Shown here: positions 41,794 to 51,702 of the stretch, piece after piece | Position numbering within the stretch: position 1 is the stretch's first letter | Layout of the letters: the number at the start of each line of letters is the position of its first letter | Source: Alphaproteobacteria bacterium | GTDB taxonomy: Bacteria > Pseudomonadota > Alphaproteobacteria > Rickettsiales > 21-14-0-20-44-7 | Assembly: GCA_013288575.1 (NCBI GenBank) | Contig: JABDBO010000001.1 | Span: 91-53,646 of the forward strand | Direction: 5' to 3' | Length of the DNA stretch: 53,556 bases | Translations under genes and position numbers: made by a program | Notes under the pieces: generated by a model | Seen by the model: only the letters and a program-made list of their open reading frames with translations | What the model was told of the DNA's origin: nothing | Database searches by the model: none

Positions 41794-42782
41794 AACCGCG
41801 CCACGTCAAGCATGCGCACGCTAAAACCCCATTCGTTATCATACCATGAGGCAATGCGGACCAGGTTGCCATCAATAACTTTGGTCAGTGTCGAATCAAA
41901 AATCGAGCTATGCGGGTTGTGGTTGAAATCAGTCGAAACCAGTGGCTCTTCATTATATTCGAGCACATTTTTCATCGCGCCGGTTGCTTGCGTTTTTAAA
42001 GCCGCGTTCACTTCATCTTTACTAATTTTGCGTTTTGGCACGAAGCTCAAATCTATCATCGAAACATTCGGCGTCGGCACGCGAATTGCCGTGCCATCGA
42101 GTTTGCCTTCGAGTTCTGGCAACACCAAACCCAGCGCTTTTGCAGCGCCGGTTGAAGTTGGGATGATTGACATTGCAGCTGCACGCGCGCGACGAAGATC
42201 TTTATGTTTGCCGTCTAATATTACTTGGTCATTCGTGTATGAGTGAATTGTCGTCATATATCCACGCTCAATACCAATCGCATCATTCAAAACTTTGGCG
42301 ACAGGTGCCAAGCAATTTGTTGTGCATGAGCCGATTGAAATAACTTCGTGCGCCTTTTTCAAGGCAGAATTATTGACACCGAAAACAATCGTCGCATCCA
42401 CTTTTTCAGCAGGTGCTGAAATGATAACTTTTTTTGCGCCGGCTTTGATATGGCCATATGCATCATCTTTTCCTTTGAAAGCGCCGGTGCATTCAAGCAC
42501 AATATCAACTTTCAAATCTTTCCAAGGCAGTTTTGCCGGGTCGCGCTCTGAGAGTAGCGGGATTTTTTTTCCATTGATAATGAGAGCATTTTCACCAGCC
42601 TCAACATGCGGGAAAAATCCGTGCAGCGAATCATATTTCAGTAAATGTGCGTGAGTTTTTGCATCACCAGAACCACCGTTTACCGCGACGATTTCGATAT
42701 CATTATAGTTATATTCGCTAATGGCGCGGATAATACAGCGACCAATTCTGCCCAAGCCATTGATTGCAACTTTTATCGTCAT
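41778..42782 (-). CDS. gap: Glyceraldehyde-3-phosphate dehydrogenase
   Basis: 334 aa with INGLGRIGR (NAD-binding) and SCTTNCLAP (catalytic Cys). Confidence 0.96.
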   Translation of the reverse strand: MTIKVAINGLGRIGRCIIRAISEYNYNDIEIVAVNGGSGDAKTHAHLLKYDSLHGFFPHVEAGENALIINGKKIPLLSERDPAKLPWKDLKVDIVLECTGAFKGKDDAYGHIKAGAKKVIISAPAEKVDATIVFGVNNSALKKAHEVISIGSCTTNCLAPVAKVLNDAIGIERGYMTTIHSYTNDQVILDGKHKDLRRARAAAMSIIPTSTGAAKALGLVLPELEGKLDGTAIRVPTPNVSMIDLSFVPKRKISKDEVNAALKTQATGAMKNVLEYNEEPLVSTDFNHNPHSSIFDSTLTKVIDGNLVRIASWYDNEWGFSVRMLDVARLWNSL

Positions 42783-44776
42783 ATTTTTTCCTTCACCTGT
42801 TTCACTATATTTTCAACCGTAATGCCAAAATGCTTGTAAAGCTCAGTTGCCGGGCCGGAAGCACCGAACGAATTCATGCCGATGAAAACACCGTTTTCGC
42901 CGATATATTTTTCCCAGCCATAACCACCCGCCGCTTCTACTGCAACTCGCAAACCGCTACCCAAAATACTAGCGCGATATTTCGCATCCTGTTCATCGAA
43001 CAATTTAGTGCATGGCATTGAAACTACGTTCACTGCAATGCCTTCTGCATCGAGTTTTTTCTGCGCTTCAATTGCCAGTGAAACTTCTGAGCCAGTGGCG
43101 ATTATTGTTGCCTTCGCACCTTTTTTCTCGGAGATTATATAGCCGCCTTTTGCGGTTTTGTTTTCAGAGAAATCAGTGCGGATTGTTGGCACGTTTTGGC
43201 GAGTTAGTGAAATTACTGATGGTGTAGTTTTGTGAGAGAGTGCAATTTCCCAGCTTTCGGCAACTTCAATTTCGTCGCATGGGCGCAGCACTAGCAAATT
43301 AGGAATCGCGCGCAAAGATGCCAAATGTTCAACCGGTTGGTGGGTTGGGCCGTCTTCGCCAAGGCCGATAGAATCATGCGTGCCGACAAATACGTTGCGG
43401 ATTCCCATGAGTGCCGCCAAGCGAATTGAGGGACGTGCATAATCAGAAAATACAAGGAAAGTTCCGCCATATGGAATGAAACCACCATGCAGCGTGATGC
43501 CGTTCATCGCCGCCTGCATTGCATGTTCGCGCACGCCGTAATGGATGTAGTTGCCGGCATAATCACGAGCAGAAACAGGTTTGTAATTCTTGGTTTTAGT
43601 GCCTACAGAGCCGGTCAAATCCGCCGAACCGCCAATCAACTCAGGTAGTGCCTCAGTCAAAACATCAAGCACTTTTTGCGATGAGTTTCTTGTTGCCATT
43701 CCAGGTTTTTTCTCAATGAATTCTTTCTTCGCACCTTCGAGCAATTTTGCCAAATTAGGTATTTCGCCATTATAGGTTCTTTCAAATTCTTTGCGGCCGG
43801 TGGCATCAAGTTTTTCAACATTCTTTTGCCAATCTTTATAAAGTGCGCCACCGCGCTGACCGGCTTCGCGCCAGCTATCCAGCACATCGGCTGGAACTTC
43901 GAACTCTTTATGTTCCCATTTTAAAAACTCGCGCGCGCCTTTAATTTCTTCTGCACCGAGTGGCGAACCGTGCGAATTATGGCTGCCAGCTTTAGTTGGC
44001 GCACCGTAGCCGATCTTGGTATTGCAGGCAATCATGACTGGTCTATCTTGCATTTTCGCCCAGGCGAGTGCTTCAGTAATAGCATAGAAATCATGGCCAT
44101 TAATCGCTTTCACATCCCAACCGCAAGCTTCAAAACGCTTCAATTGATTTTCTGAAGTTGCGAGATCCGTTGCGCCATCAATGGAGATTTTATTATCATC
44201 CCACAGCACGATTAATTTGTTCAACCGCAAATGCCCGGCCATGGAAATTGCTTCTTGCGAAATGCCTTCCATCAAGCAGCCATCGCCAGCGATAACATAA
44301 GTGTAATGGTCAATTGCATTTGGGTAGCGCGCGTTCAACATACGCTCAGCCAAAGCCATGCCAACTGCATTTGCAATGCCTTGACCTAAAGGACCAGTTG
44401 TCGTTTCAATTCCTTCGGCATGACCATATTCCGGATGGCCCGCAGTTTTAGCACCAAGCTGGCGGAAGTTTTTGATGTCATCAATTGTCATATCCTCATA
44501 ACCGGTGAGGTAGAGCAGGGAATAAATTAACATTGAGCCGTGCCCAGCAGAAAGCACGAAGCGGTCGCGGTTTGGCCATTTTGGATGTTTCGGGTCAAAA
44601 TTTAAGTATTGGGTGAACAGAACAGTTGCTACATCTGCCATACCCATCGGCATGCCAGGATGGCCGCTCTTGGCCTTTTCAACCGCATCCATCGATAATG
44701 CGCGAATGGCGTTTGCCATGCGAATATAACTAACTTCTGATTCGGTCTGCTTAGAATTCTGGGCTTTCTGCGACAT
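42779..44776 (-). CDS. tkt: Transketolase
   Basis: 665 aa with [19 protein letters not shown] and GEDGPTHQP motifs. It has a 4-nt overlap with gap. Confidence 0.96.
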   Translation of the reverse strand: MSQKAQNSKQTESEVSYIRMANAIRALSMDAVEKAKSGHPGMPMGMADVATVLFTQYLNFDPKHPKWPNRDRFVLSAGHGSMLIYSLLYLTGYEDMTIDDIKNFRQLGAKTAGHPEYGHAEGIETTTGPLGQGIANAVGMALAERMLNARYPNAIDHYTYVIAGDGCLMEGISQEAISMAGHLRLNKLIVLWDDNKISIDGATDLATSENQLKRFEACGWDVKAINGHDFYAITEALAWAKMQDRPVMIACNTKIGYGAPTKAGSHNSHGSPLGAEEIKGAREFLKWEHKEFEVPADVLDSWREAGQRGGALYKDWQKNVEKLDATGRKEFERTYNGEIPNLAKLLEGAKKEFIEKKPGMATRNSSQKVLDVLTEALPELIGGSADLTGSVGTKTKNYKPVSARDYAGNYIHYGVREHAMQAAMNGITLHGGFIPYGGTFLVFSDYARPSIRLAALMGIRNVFVGTHDSIGLGEDGPTHQPVEHLASLRAIPNLLVLRPCDEIEVAESWEIALSHKTTPSVISLTRQNVPTIRTDFSENKTAKGGYIISEKKGAKATIIATGSEVSLAIEAQKKLDAEGIAVNVVSMPCTKLFDEQDAKYRASILGSGLRVAVEAAGGYGWEKYIGENGVFIGMNSFGASGPATELYKHFGITVENIVKQVKEKI

Positions 44777-44852
44777 ATTTCTCTTGCAATGGTTTCTGGT
44801 TAAATGTTAGCTTCGTTAAATAAAGGTTTTTATCACTAATTTCCAGCAGAAT

Positions 44853-45185
44853 ATGGTCGCATTGAAAGAATCATTAATAGTTGAAAAAAGCCGGCTTGAA
44901 TCAGCCTTTGAACAGCTTGAGAAGGCGGTGGATAAATATGCCAAGTTTACCGAAGACCAGGTTCGCTCAAAAACCACCACGACGTTAAAGTCAGAAATTG
45001 ATACTTTGAAAGATGAATTGAAGACCCTGCGTGATAATGCCGCGGAATATAAAGAGGAAATCAGTAATTTATCGGCGGAATTGGTGCGTTATAAAAGCGA
45101 GAATAAACGCTTGAAAGACTTGAATGAGAAAATTTCTGGGTTACTTAAAAAATCAATCGGCGAATTAGAGGAGATGGTGGGCTAA
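44853..45185 (+). CDS. Coiled-coil protein (DUF4164-like)
   Basis: 110 aa, entirely coiled-coil. It lies immediately upstream of zapA and divergent from tkt, as is common in alphaproteobacteria. Confidence 0.6.
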   Translation: MVALKESLIVEKSRLESAFEQLEKAVDKYAKFTEDQVRSKTTTTLKSEIDTLKDELKTLRDNAAEYKEEISNLSAELVRYKSENKRLKDLNEKISGLLKKSIGELEEMVG

Positions 45186-45508
45186 TGGCTATATTGAATT
45201 TGAATGTAAACCGCCGCGAATATCAAATTGCTTGTGGTGATGGCGAAGAGCAGCACTTGTTGAATCTTTCCTATGAGCTTGATAAGCGCGTCAAAGATCT
45301 TTCCCGCACTATCGGTACTGGCAACCAATCATTATTATTGGTGGTAGCGGCAGTACAGTTGCTTGACGAATTATATGAACTGCGCAATTCCGGTAGCAGC
45401 CGCGCCAATATACAGGATGAAGTTGATAAAATCAGCTCAGCGACAATTTCGCAGATCACTTCTAAAATCGAAGATCTAGCCCGCCGGATCGAGAAAAAAG
45501 CTAGCTAA
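45185..45508 (+). CDS. zapA: Cell division protein ZapA
   Basis: 107 aa with LNVNRREYQIACGDGEEQHL, matching the ZapA N-terminal pattern (G..Y.i.C...e...l), followed by a coiled-coil tail. Confidence 0.8.
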   Translation: MAILNLNVNRREYQIACGDGEEQHLLNLSYELDKRVKDLSRTIGTGNQSLLLVVAAVQLLDELYELRNSGSSRANIQDEVDKISSATISQITSKIEDLARRIEKKAS

Positions 45509-45552
45509 ATTTTTACCTTTCACTTTTCGTTTTTGTCGTTACTATTCAGCGA

Positions 45553-46182
45553 ATGCTAGTTTGTAATAACGTCAATTGCCATTACGGTGAGCGCCATGTT
45601 TTTGAAGGGGTGAGCTTTGCGGCAGCTCCTGGAACTATTATTGTTCTGCATGGCCATAATGGTACTGGCAAAACCAGTCTATTACATATGTTGGCTGGCT
45701 TGAAGAAGCCAAGCCAGGGCATGATCAACTGGAATGAGCAGGAAATTAGCAACGCTATTCGCAACAATGATTGCGAAATGACTTTTATCGGCCATGAAAT
45801 TATGGTGAAGCCAGAATTAACTGTGCTGGAAAATATTTATTTTTGGGCAGACTTGTGCGGCGAGCGTGAATCAGTTCCTTTTGCACTAAGAAAGCTGGGT
45901 TTAGAACCTTATGTCGACATGAAATGCGGCGAGCTTTCTAAAGGCTGGCAGCGACGGGTTGCATTATCGCGCCTAATATTTTGCGCAGCTGATCTATGGA
46001 TTTTAGACGAACCTTACAACAATCTCGACCATGACGTTTCCAAGTTACTGGACACACTAATTTCTGAGAAGTGTTCTGCCGGAGGAGTTATTATTCTTTC
46101 CAGCCATATGTATGTTCCGATCGAACATGCGATAAAAATTAATATCTCTGATTTTGCGGCGAAATCTCAATTGGTTGCCTAG
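45553..46182 (+). CDS. ccmA: Heme exporter ATP-binding protein CcmA
   Basis: 209 aa with Walker A GHNGTGKTS, LSKGWQRRV and WILDEP. The short ABC ATPase size is typical of CcmA. Confidence 0.8.
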   Translation: MLVCNNVNCHYGERHVFEGVSFAAAPGTIIVLHGHNGTGKTSLLHMLAGLKKPSQGMINWNEQEISNAIRNNDCEMTFIGHEIMVKPELTVLENIYFWADLCGERESVPFALRKLGLEPYVDMKCGELSKGWQRRVALSRLIFCAADLWILDEPYNNLDHDVSKLLDTLISEKCSAGGVIILSSHMYVPIEHAIKINISDFAAKSQLVA

Positions 46183-46219
46183 TTATCCAAAAATCCACCT
46201 AGGAAATTAATTCCGGCTA

Positions 46220-47068
46220 ATGTTAAAATTCATTATGGCCAGAAAAGCGCAAGAAATTGAATCAAAATTTATTCCCACTAAATCTGCAATCGCGGAAATA
46301 AAAGCTGCGGCTCAGCAGGAGTTGGAAATTATTCAAGGCTATATGCCGATGAAAGGCGTGGTTAGAGTTTTAGAAGTTGGCTTTAATCCAAGGACGAAAA
46401 CTATTATTTATAAATTAAGCGGAGTTGAAATTCTTCGCGCGAAAGAAACTGACCGTGATCGAGCTGCGATAATTAAAAAAGAAATTGAGGAAAATCCTAA
46501 TTTTCTCAAGCAATCGCGCATAAGATATCAGGAGGATATTAAAACCAATAAGGTCAGTGCTTATCTTACTGTAAAAGGGCCAGCTAATGAGGCTGGCGAG
46601 CGGGTGGAACTTGAGTATAAAATTCCGGTGAAAGCAGCCGTGGGGATTCTGATAAAATTATGCGCTGATAAATTGCTTTATAAAACTCGTTATATTGCTT
46701 CAAGAACTTTGGGCGGTGTAGAGAGGACTCTTGAGTTGGATGAATATCAGGGTGCGCATCGCGGTAAATATGTTGTTGAAATTGAATATGCATCTGCCGG
46801 TGAAAGAATAAAGGCGGCTGATATTCCGGAAATTACGGCCAGAGATGGGGATGTGAGCGAGTCAGAAACATGGAAGAATGCCAATATGGCAAACCCAGAT
46901 AAGGCGGCCTTTAAAAAATTGAATGAAATCAGTAAGCGACTGGAAAATAAAGACCGAAAAAAGCATGGTTTAGGTAAAGAAGGGGCTGGGATTAAGGTTC
47001 AAGGCTGGTCTGAAATTTTAAAGAATACTGGAGAAATGCCTGATTATCAAAAGGGCGGCAGGAATTAA
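46220..47068 (+). CDS. CYTH domain-containing protein (CyaB/ThTPase-like) with a C-terminal extension
   Basis: N-terminal EIESKF (the ExExK signature), followed by LTVKG, RVELEY, KTRY, ELDEYQG and VVEIEY strands. An alternative start lies at 46235. Confidence 0.65.
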   Translation: MLKFIMARKAQEIESKFIPTKSAIAEIKAAAQQELEIIQGYMPMKGVVRVLEVGFNPRTKTIIYKLSGVEILRAKETDRDRAAIIKKEIEENPNFLKQSRIRYQEDIKTNKVSAYLTVKGPANEAGERVELEYKIPVKAAVGILIKLCADKLLYKTRYIASRTLGGVERTLELDEYQGAHRGKYVVEIEYASAGERIKAADIPEITARDGDVSESETWKNANMANPDKAAFKKLNEISKRLENKDRKKHGLGKEGAGIKVQGWSEILKNTGEMPDYQKGGRN

Positions 47069-47217
47069 CCTTCAAAAAATCCTTGCTTTTTGCTATTGTT
47101 TTTTGTAGATAATCCCTTCTTTTTGTGGTAAAATACTACAGTTTAAAAGCTAATTAGTTAATAATTGGTTTAAAGATTTTTTCGTTAATTTTTTTATTAT
47201 TGGGACTATTTAAGACT

Positions 47218-47409
47218 ATGGGTGAAGATAAAAAAATAATGCAAGAACTTGAAATGCTCCGTGCGGAACATCGAACTATTGATCTTGCTATCCTTGAACT
47301 AGCCGGTGCTGACATGATTCGCATCCAAAAGCTGAAAAAGCGCAAACTTATCCTCCGTGATAAAATTTGCATGCTCGAATCAATGATTCTTCCAGATATT
47401 ATTGCCTAA
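47218..47409 (+). CDS. DUF465 (YdcH-like) family protein
   Basis: 63 aa with LRAEHRTIDLAI...IQKLKKRKLILRDKI, matching the DUF465 pattern. I prefer the ATG at 47218 over the TTG at 47200. Confidence 0.65.
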   Translation: MGEDKKIMQELEMLRAEHRTIDLAILELAGADMIRIQKLKKRKLILRDKICMLESMILPDIIA

Positions 47410-47424
47410 AATAATACCGATGCT

Positions 47425-47451
47425 GCCCCTAATTTATTAGTGGGCTTTTTT
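47425..47451 (+). terminator. Rho-independent terminator of the DUF465 gene
   Basis: GCCC(C)TAAT...ATTA(GT)GGGC is followed by TTTTTT. The T-run overlaps the pyrD stop codon on the opposite strand. Confidence 0.6.
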
Positions 47452-48490
47452 ATTTTCCGGCAGTGCCGATTGCGCTTTGCAGGTTTTTAAATCCGCGTTG
47501 CTTTAATATTGCGGCCAGTTCGTGTTTTATATCGCGCACCACTCTCGGGCCTTTGTAAATTAGACTGGTGTAAATTTGTACGAGTGACGCACCTGCGGCG
47601 ATTTTCTCGAACGCATCTTCACCACTTGCCACTCCGCCAACGCCAATAATTTTTACCGCGCCATTTGAGTGAGAGTAGATTTTTCTGATTATTTCAGTTG
47701 CCGTATCACGTAAAGGTTTGCCACTTAAACCTCCGGTTTCATTGGCGCTGATATTGGTAAGATGCGGGCGTTTGATGGTTGTGTTGGTGGCAATGATTCC
47801 ATCAAGTTTCAATTCCTGCGCAATATCGGTTATGGCGAAAACTTCCTCATCGGTTAAGTCCGGCGCAATTTTTACTAGCAATGGCGGCTTTCGTTTTTGC
47901 GCATTACGGATCTCCAAAACATCTTTGAGTAATTTGGCGATCGCTTCTTTCTTCTGTAAATCGCGCAAACCTGGGGTATTCGGCGATGAAATATTCACCG
48001 TAATATAATCAGCCAAAGGTGTAGCGCGCTCGATCAAAATCAAATAATCATCATAGAAATTTTCACTATCTTTATTAGCACCAATATTAATTCCGAGGAT
48101 CGGTTTTGTTTTTAACTTTGCGGTTGATGCGGCGTAATTTTTAAGAAATTCCTCAATTCCTGCATTGTTAAAACCCAGCCGATTGATAATTGCTTCATCT
48201 TCCGTCAGCCTAAAAATGCGCGGTTTCGGGTTGCCAGCTTGCTGGCGCGGGGTGACGCTGCCGGCTTCCACAAAACCAAATCCAAGTTTTGCCAGGCCAT
48301 TAATTGCACGCGCATTTTTATCAAACCCGGCCGCCATGCCGATGGGGTTGGTAAATTTTAGGCCAAATATTTCGCTGGCCAAAATTGGATCATCACTTTC
48401 GCGATAATCTGGTGCCAGCCCATTATGCAGCGCCCAAATAGCCAAATTATGCGCCGTTTCAGGCGAGAGGTTGTAGAGGAGTTTATGCAT
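47450..48490 (-). CDS. pyrD: Dihydroorotate dehydrogenase (quinone), class 2
   Basis: 346 aa with an N-terminal membrane-association helix region, GFVEAGSVTP, NISSPNTPGLR and GGLSGKPL motifs. Confidence 0.94.
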   Translation of the reverse strand: MHKLLYNLSPETAHNLAIWALHNGLAPDYRESDDPILASEIFGLKFTNPIGMAAGFDKNARAINGLAKLGFGFVEAGSVTPRQQAGNPKPRIFRLTEDEAIINRLGFNNAGIEEFLKNYAASTAKLKTKPILGINIGANKDSENFYDDYLILIERATPLADYITVNISSPNTPGLRDLQKKEAIAKLLKDVLEIRNAQKRKPPLLVKIAPDLTDEEVFAITDIAQELKLDGIIATNTTIKRPHLTNISANETGGLSGKPLRDTATEIIRKIYSHSNGAVKIIGVGGVASGEDAFEKIAAGASLVQIYTSLIYKGPRVVRDIKHELAAILKQRGFKNLQSAIGTAGK

Positions 48491-48504
48491 TAGTTATTAA
48501 TATA

Positions 48505-49128
48505 TTAGACGACTATAATTGCAATCCCAAAACCAATGAATATCGAGCCGGTGATTATTTTGAATAGCAGCTGCGAAGCAGGGCGTTCGAGAAAACGTGA
48601 AATGGCCGCGCCAAATGTAGCATAGGCTATGTACCAGCTCGATTCGATTATAATAAATATAGCAAGCAACACAGCTAATTGTGGAACGCGTGGCATGGTG
48701 GGGTTTATGAATTGCGGAAAAAATGCGGCGGCAAAAATAACTGCTTTGGGATTGCTAATGCCGATAAAAAATGCATTGCGAAAAATTTGTTTGCGGCGAT
48801 TCTTAAGGGAATTAGGGAGATTTTCAGCAACAACCGGATTATAAAACGGCTCAACCCAAATTCGAAAACCCAAATAGGCAAGATAGGCGGCGCCAAGATA
48901 ACGTAGCATAATAAAAATTCGTGGCCACTCTTGCAGGATTGCCGCCAGGCCAATAGCGGAAGTGATTAAAAGAATGAGAACTGCCGCCATACATCCCGAC
49001 ATTGCTATGAGGGTGCGGATAAAACCGAGTCGGGCACTGCTTGTCATAATATGCAGCATGTTTGGGCCGGGCGAAGCGCATACAAAAAAGGTGGCGATTA
49101 TATAGGCTATGAGAGTATCAAAACTCAT
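48505..49128 (-). CDS. LysE/RhtB family amino-acid efflux translocator
   Basis: 207 aa with about 6 TM helices and an N-terminal ASPGPN motif. Confidence 0.8.
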   Translation of the reverse strand: MSFDTLIAYIIATFFVCASPGPNMLHIMTSSARLGFIRTLIAMSGCMAAVLILLITSAIGLAAILQEWPRIFIMLRYLGAAYLAYLGFRIWVEPFYNPVVAENLPNSLKNRRKQIFRNAFFIGISNPKAVIFAAAFFPQFINPTMPRVPQLAVLLAIFIIIESSWYIAYATFGAAISRFLERPASQLLFKIITGSIFIGFGIAIIVV

Positions 49129-50171
49129 TTTGCGGCGCTGATCTGCCAGTTGATTTTTTCACCGGCGAGTAATGGAATGAGTTTGCCTTCTGGAGTTTCA
49201 ATGAATTCAGGGATTTTCTGAGGGGTTTTAGTGAGGGTGATTTTTTGCTTATTGTGGGGCAGGTTATAAAAATCAGCACCGAATTTGCTCATGAAGTTTT
49301 CGAATTTTTTCTGAGTAGCTGGTTTGCTTAAATCTTCTGTTTTATCGAAAACTTCGGCGTATAATTCAACGGCATTGAATGCGGTATAACAGCCAGCGCA
49401 GCCGCAGGAATGTTCTTTTTTGTTCTGCAGGTGAGGGGCGCTATCGGTGCCGGCGAAGAATTTGCTGGAGTCGCTTAAAGCAGCTTTTACTAATGACTTG
49501 CGATGGGTTTCGCGCTTTAGAATCGGCAGACAAAAATAATGGGGGCGAATGCCGCCGACTAGCATGTCGTTGCGGTTAAACAGCAAATGATGGGCGGTGA
49601 TTGTGGCGGCGATATTTTTGCCGGAGGCATTTATGAAATCGGCCGCTTGTGAAGTGGTAATATGTTCCAAAACAATTTTCAGAGCTGGGAATTTTTTCAC
49701 AATCGGCTGCAAAATGCGTTCGATGAAAACTGCTTCACGGTCAAAAATATCAATTTCTTTATCAGTCACTTCGCCATGAACGAGAAATAATATTCCATGT
49801 TTTTCGCAAGCTTCAATAACTTTGCTGATTTTGTTTACATCAGTCACACCCGAATCAGAATTGGTTGTCGCACCGGCTGGATATAATTTTACAGCTTTCA
49901 CCAAACCAGATTTTGCGGCTTTTTCAATTTCTTGCGGAGTTGTGTTATCGGTTAAATATAGAGACATGATCGGCTCGATATCTGCCGCTTGCTTGATGCG
50001 GTCATAATATTGAAAAGCCATATCAACCGTCGTTACCGGCGGCACCAAATTTGGCATCGCCAGTGCGCGCGAAAATTGTGCGGCAGTGTGTGGTGCTACG
50101 GTTTTAAGCATTGCGCCGTCACGTAAGTGGACGTGGAGATCGTCGGGTTTTATGATGCTGAAACTGGTCAC
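49125..50171 (-). CDS. pyrC: Dihydroorotase (homodimeric type)
   Basis: 348 aa with DDLHVHLRDG and KLYPAGATTNS. GTG start with a 4-nt overlap to the upstream gene. Its stop overlaps the lysE-family start (ATGA). Confidence 0.92.
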   Translation of the reverse strand: MTSFSIIKPDDLHVHLRDGAMLKTVAPHTAAQFSRALAMPNLVPPVTTVDMAFQYYDRIKQAADIEPIMSLYLTDNTTPQEIEKAAKSGLVKAVKLYPAGATTNSDSGVTDVNKISKVIEACEKHGILFLVHGEVTDKEIDIFDREAVFIERILQPIVKKFPALKIVLEHITTSQAADFINASGKNIAATITAHHLLFNRNDMLVGGIRPHYFCLPILKRETHRKSLVKAALSDSSKFFAGTDSAPHLQNKKEHSCGCAGCYTAFNAVELYAEVFDKTEDLSKPATQKKFENFMSKFGADFYNLPHNKQKITLTKTPQKIPEFIETPEGKLIPLLAGEKINWQISAAK

Positions 50172-50809
50172 GCTTTAAAATTTATCTGTTCGAATTTGAG
50201 TTTGCTGTTATTGACATGCATCGCATTGCTGGCGTTCAAAATTGCTGATTCAGGGTCATCAGCCGGGGTTATGGCATGCACTCCATAAGCTAATAATATA
50301 TTTACCAAACTATTATTCCAACGAAACGGCGCCTGGCGAATTTGCGCGCACATTCTTTCAGCCTTGGCTTGCACGTCAGCAAGATCGGCAAAATACATAA
50401 TTGCGCCATATTGGTTTTCATTGATGCGGGCTAGATAATCAGTATCGCGGATATTATTGGTAATGAATTCGGCCACGTAATTACCAACTCGCGACCCGGC
50501 CTGATAACCATAAGTGCGGCTAATGCTTTCAAAATCAGTAATGGAAAACACGATGATCGAGCTTGGGCCATTATAGCGTTTGTTCATGGCGATCGACCAA
50601 CTTAAGCGTTTGACGAGCGCGTGGCGGTTAGGAATAACGCTCACCGGGTCAACATCAACCATCTGCTGGATGCTTTCCAGTTGGGTTTTGGTTTGCTGCA
50701 ATTCTTTATTCAACTGGTCGATATGATCGGTTAAGCCGTTAACGGCGATGCTCACCGAGGGTGTAACCTCATGTGGAGGAATTCCTAATTCTTGCAGTTT
50801 ATCTGACAA
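50168..50809 (-). CDS. GGDEF-domain protein with degenerate active site (NENQY) and intact RxxD I-site, plus an N-terminal coiled coil
   Basis: IPNRHAL begins the domain. RDTD-YLARI-NENQYG (50408-50449) aligns with RxxD-x5-GG(D/E)EF. TTG start, overlapping the upstream ORF by 11 nt. Confidence 0.7.
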   Translation of the reverse strand: MSDKLQELGIPPHEVTPSVSIAVNGLTDHIDQLNKELQQTKTQLESIQQMVDVDPVSVIPNRHALVKRLSWSIAMNKRYNGPSSIIVFSITDFESISRTYGYQAGSRVGNYVAEFITNNIRDTDYLARINENQYGAIMYFADLADVQAKAERMCAQIRQAPFRWNNSLVNILLAYGVHAITPADDPESAILNASNAMHVNNSKLKFEQINFKA

Positions 50810-51170
50810 AGATTTTCACTTCTTCACTGTTAACACGGCCGCTTTCTGCATGGAAAGTAATTTGCTGTTGCGAAACTCCGATGCGCGCGATGTCATTTGC
50901 AACCTGCTGACCATAGGCCGGCTGCCCATTTGGGGTTGTATCAACCACATCAAAAACTACCGAGGGTTTTGTTTTAACTGCCTGGCTTACAACATAAAAA
51001 AGCTGGTCCTGATAGGCCACAGTTTTCTGGTTAAAGCGAATGGTCATAAGTGCTTCTTGTCCATTAGAAACAAGGGCTTGTGCGTTATTTTCAGAGCCAA
51101 AATCGCTTATAATAAAGGCGCTAATTATAGCAATGCTTAGAGCAAAAAAGCCGTTTAAAACGAATTTCAT
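50799..51170 (-). CDS. Hypothetical exported protein, 123 aa
   Basis: An N-terminal hydrophobic signal or anchor (FFALSIAIISAFII). No family is recognisable. Confidence 0.5.
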   Translation of the reverse strand: MKFVLNGFFALSIAIISAFIISDFGSENNAQALVSNGQEALMTIRFNQKTVAYQDQLFYVVSQAVKTKPSVVFDVVDTTPNGQPAYGQQVANDIARIGVSQQQITFHAESGRVNSEEVKIFVR

Positions 51171-51270
51171 ATAAATATCCTTGTGTTAATACTTGAATTC
51201 GGCACGTGGAATGGCGATAATAAGCCTGAAAGTTAAATATTCAAGAAATATTCGGGGCCAAAAAGCATTT

Positions 51271-51660
51271 ATGAATAGTATTAAAACTTACACGGTTTAT
51301 GCAAAACCAGGCCAGGCAAAACAGCCTGAGAATGCTATTTTCGTGCCTGAAACATTTACGCTGGCCGCATTAATTCCAGTCTATAATTTCGTCTGGGCAG
51401 TGATGAACAAATGTTGGCTTTTCCTGGTTATTCTATTGGTGTTTAACCTTACCGCAGTCCCACAATCTTTTAATAACAACCCGTTTTTCAATAATCTGGG
51501 TTGGATCAAATTGGCGATTTTCCCGTTTTTGGGAGTATTTGCCAATGATTTTTGGCGCCAGAGTTTGAAAAGACGCGGTTATCAACTTCAAACTGTTGTG
51601 AGCGGCAAGAATGAATCTGAGGCGCAGCTTCGCTATTTTGAGCGGGTGAGTGGGAATTAA
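51271..51660 (+). CDS. DUF2628-like small membrane protein
   Basis: Starts at MNSIKTYTVYAKPG and contains FVPETFTLAALIPVYNFVWAVMNKCW, plus two TM helices. This matches my recollection of DUF2628 proteins. Confidence 0.55.
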   Translation: MNSIKTYTVYAKPGQAKQPENAIFVPETFTLAALIPVYNFVWAVMNKCWLFLVILLVFNLTAVPQSFNNNPFFNNLGWIKLAIFPFLGVFANDFWRQSLKRRGYQLQTVVSGKNESEAQLRYFERVSGN

Positions 51661-51702
51661 TGCTGGTTGCTATCTTAGAGCAACAAAATGGGATGAGGTA
51701 AT

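Noticed and set aside
41812-42654. Plus-strand ORFs (144 and 119 aa) opposite gap
   Set aside because: These are shadow ORFs antisense to an unambiguous GAPDH gene.
45509-45552. 6S RNA (ssrS) downstream of zapA, as in the enterobacterial zapA-ssrS arrangement
   Set aside because: The zapA-ccmA spacer is only 44 nt, far too short for a ~180-nt 6S RNA.
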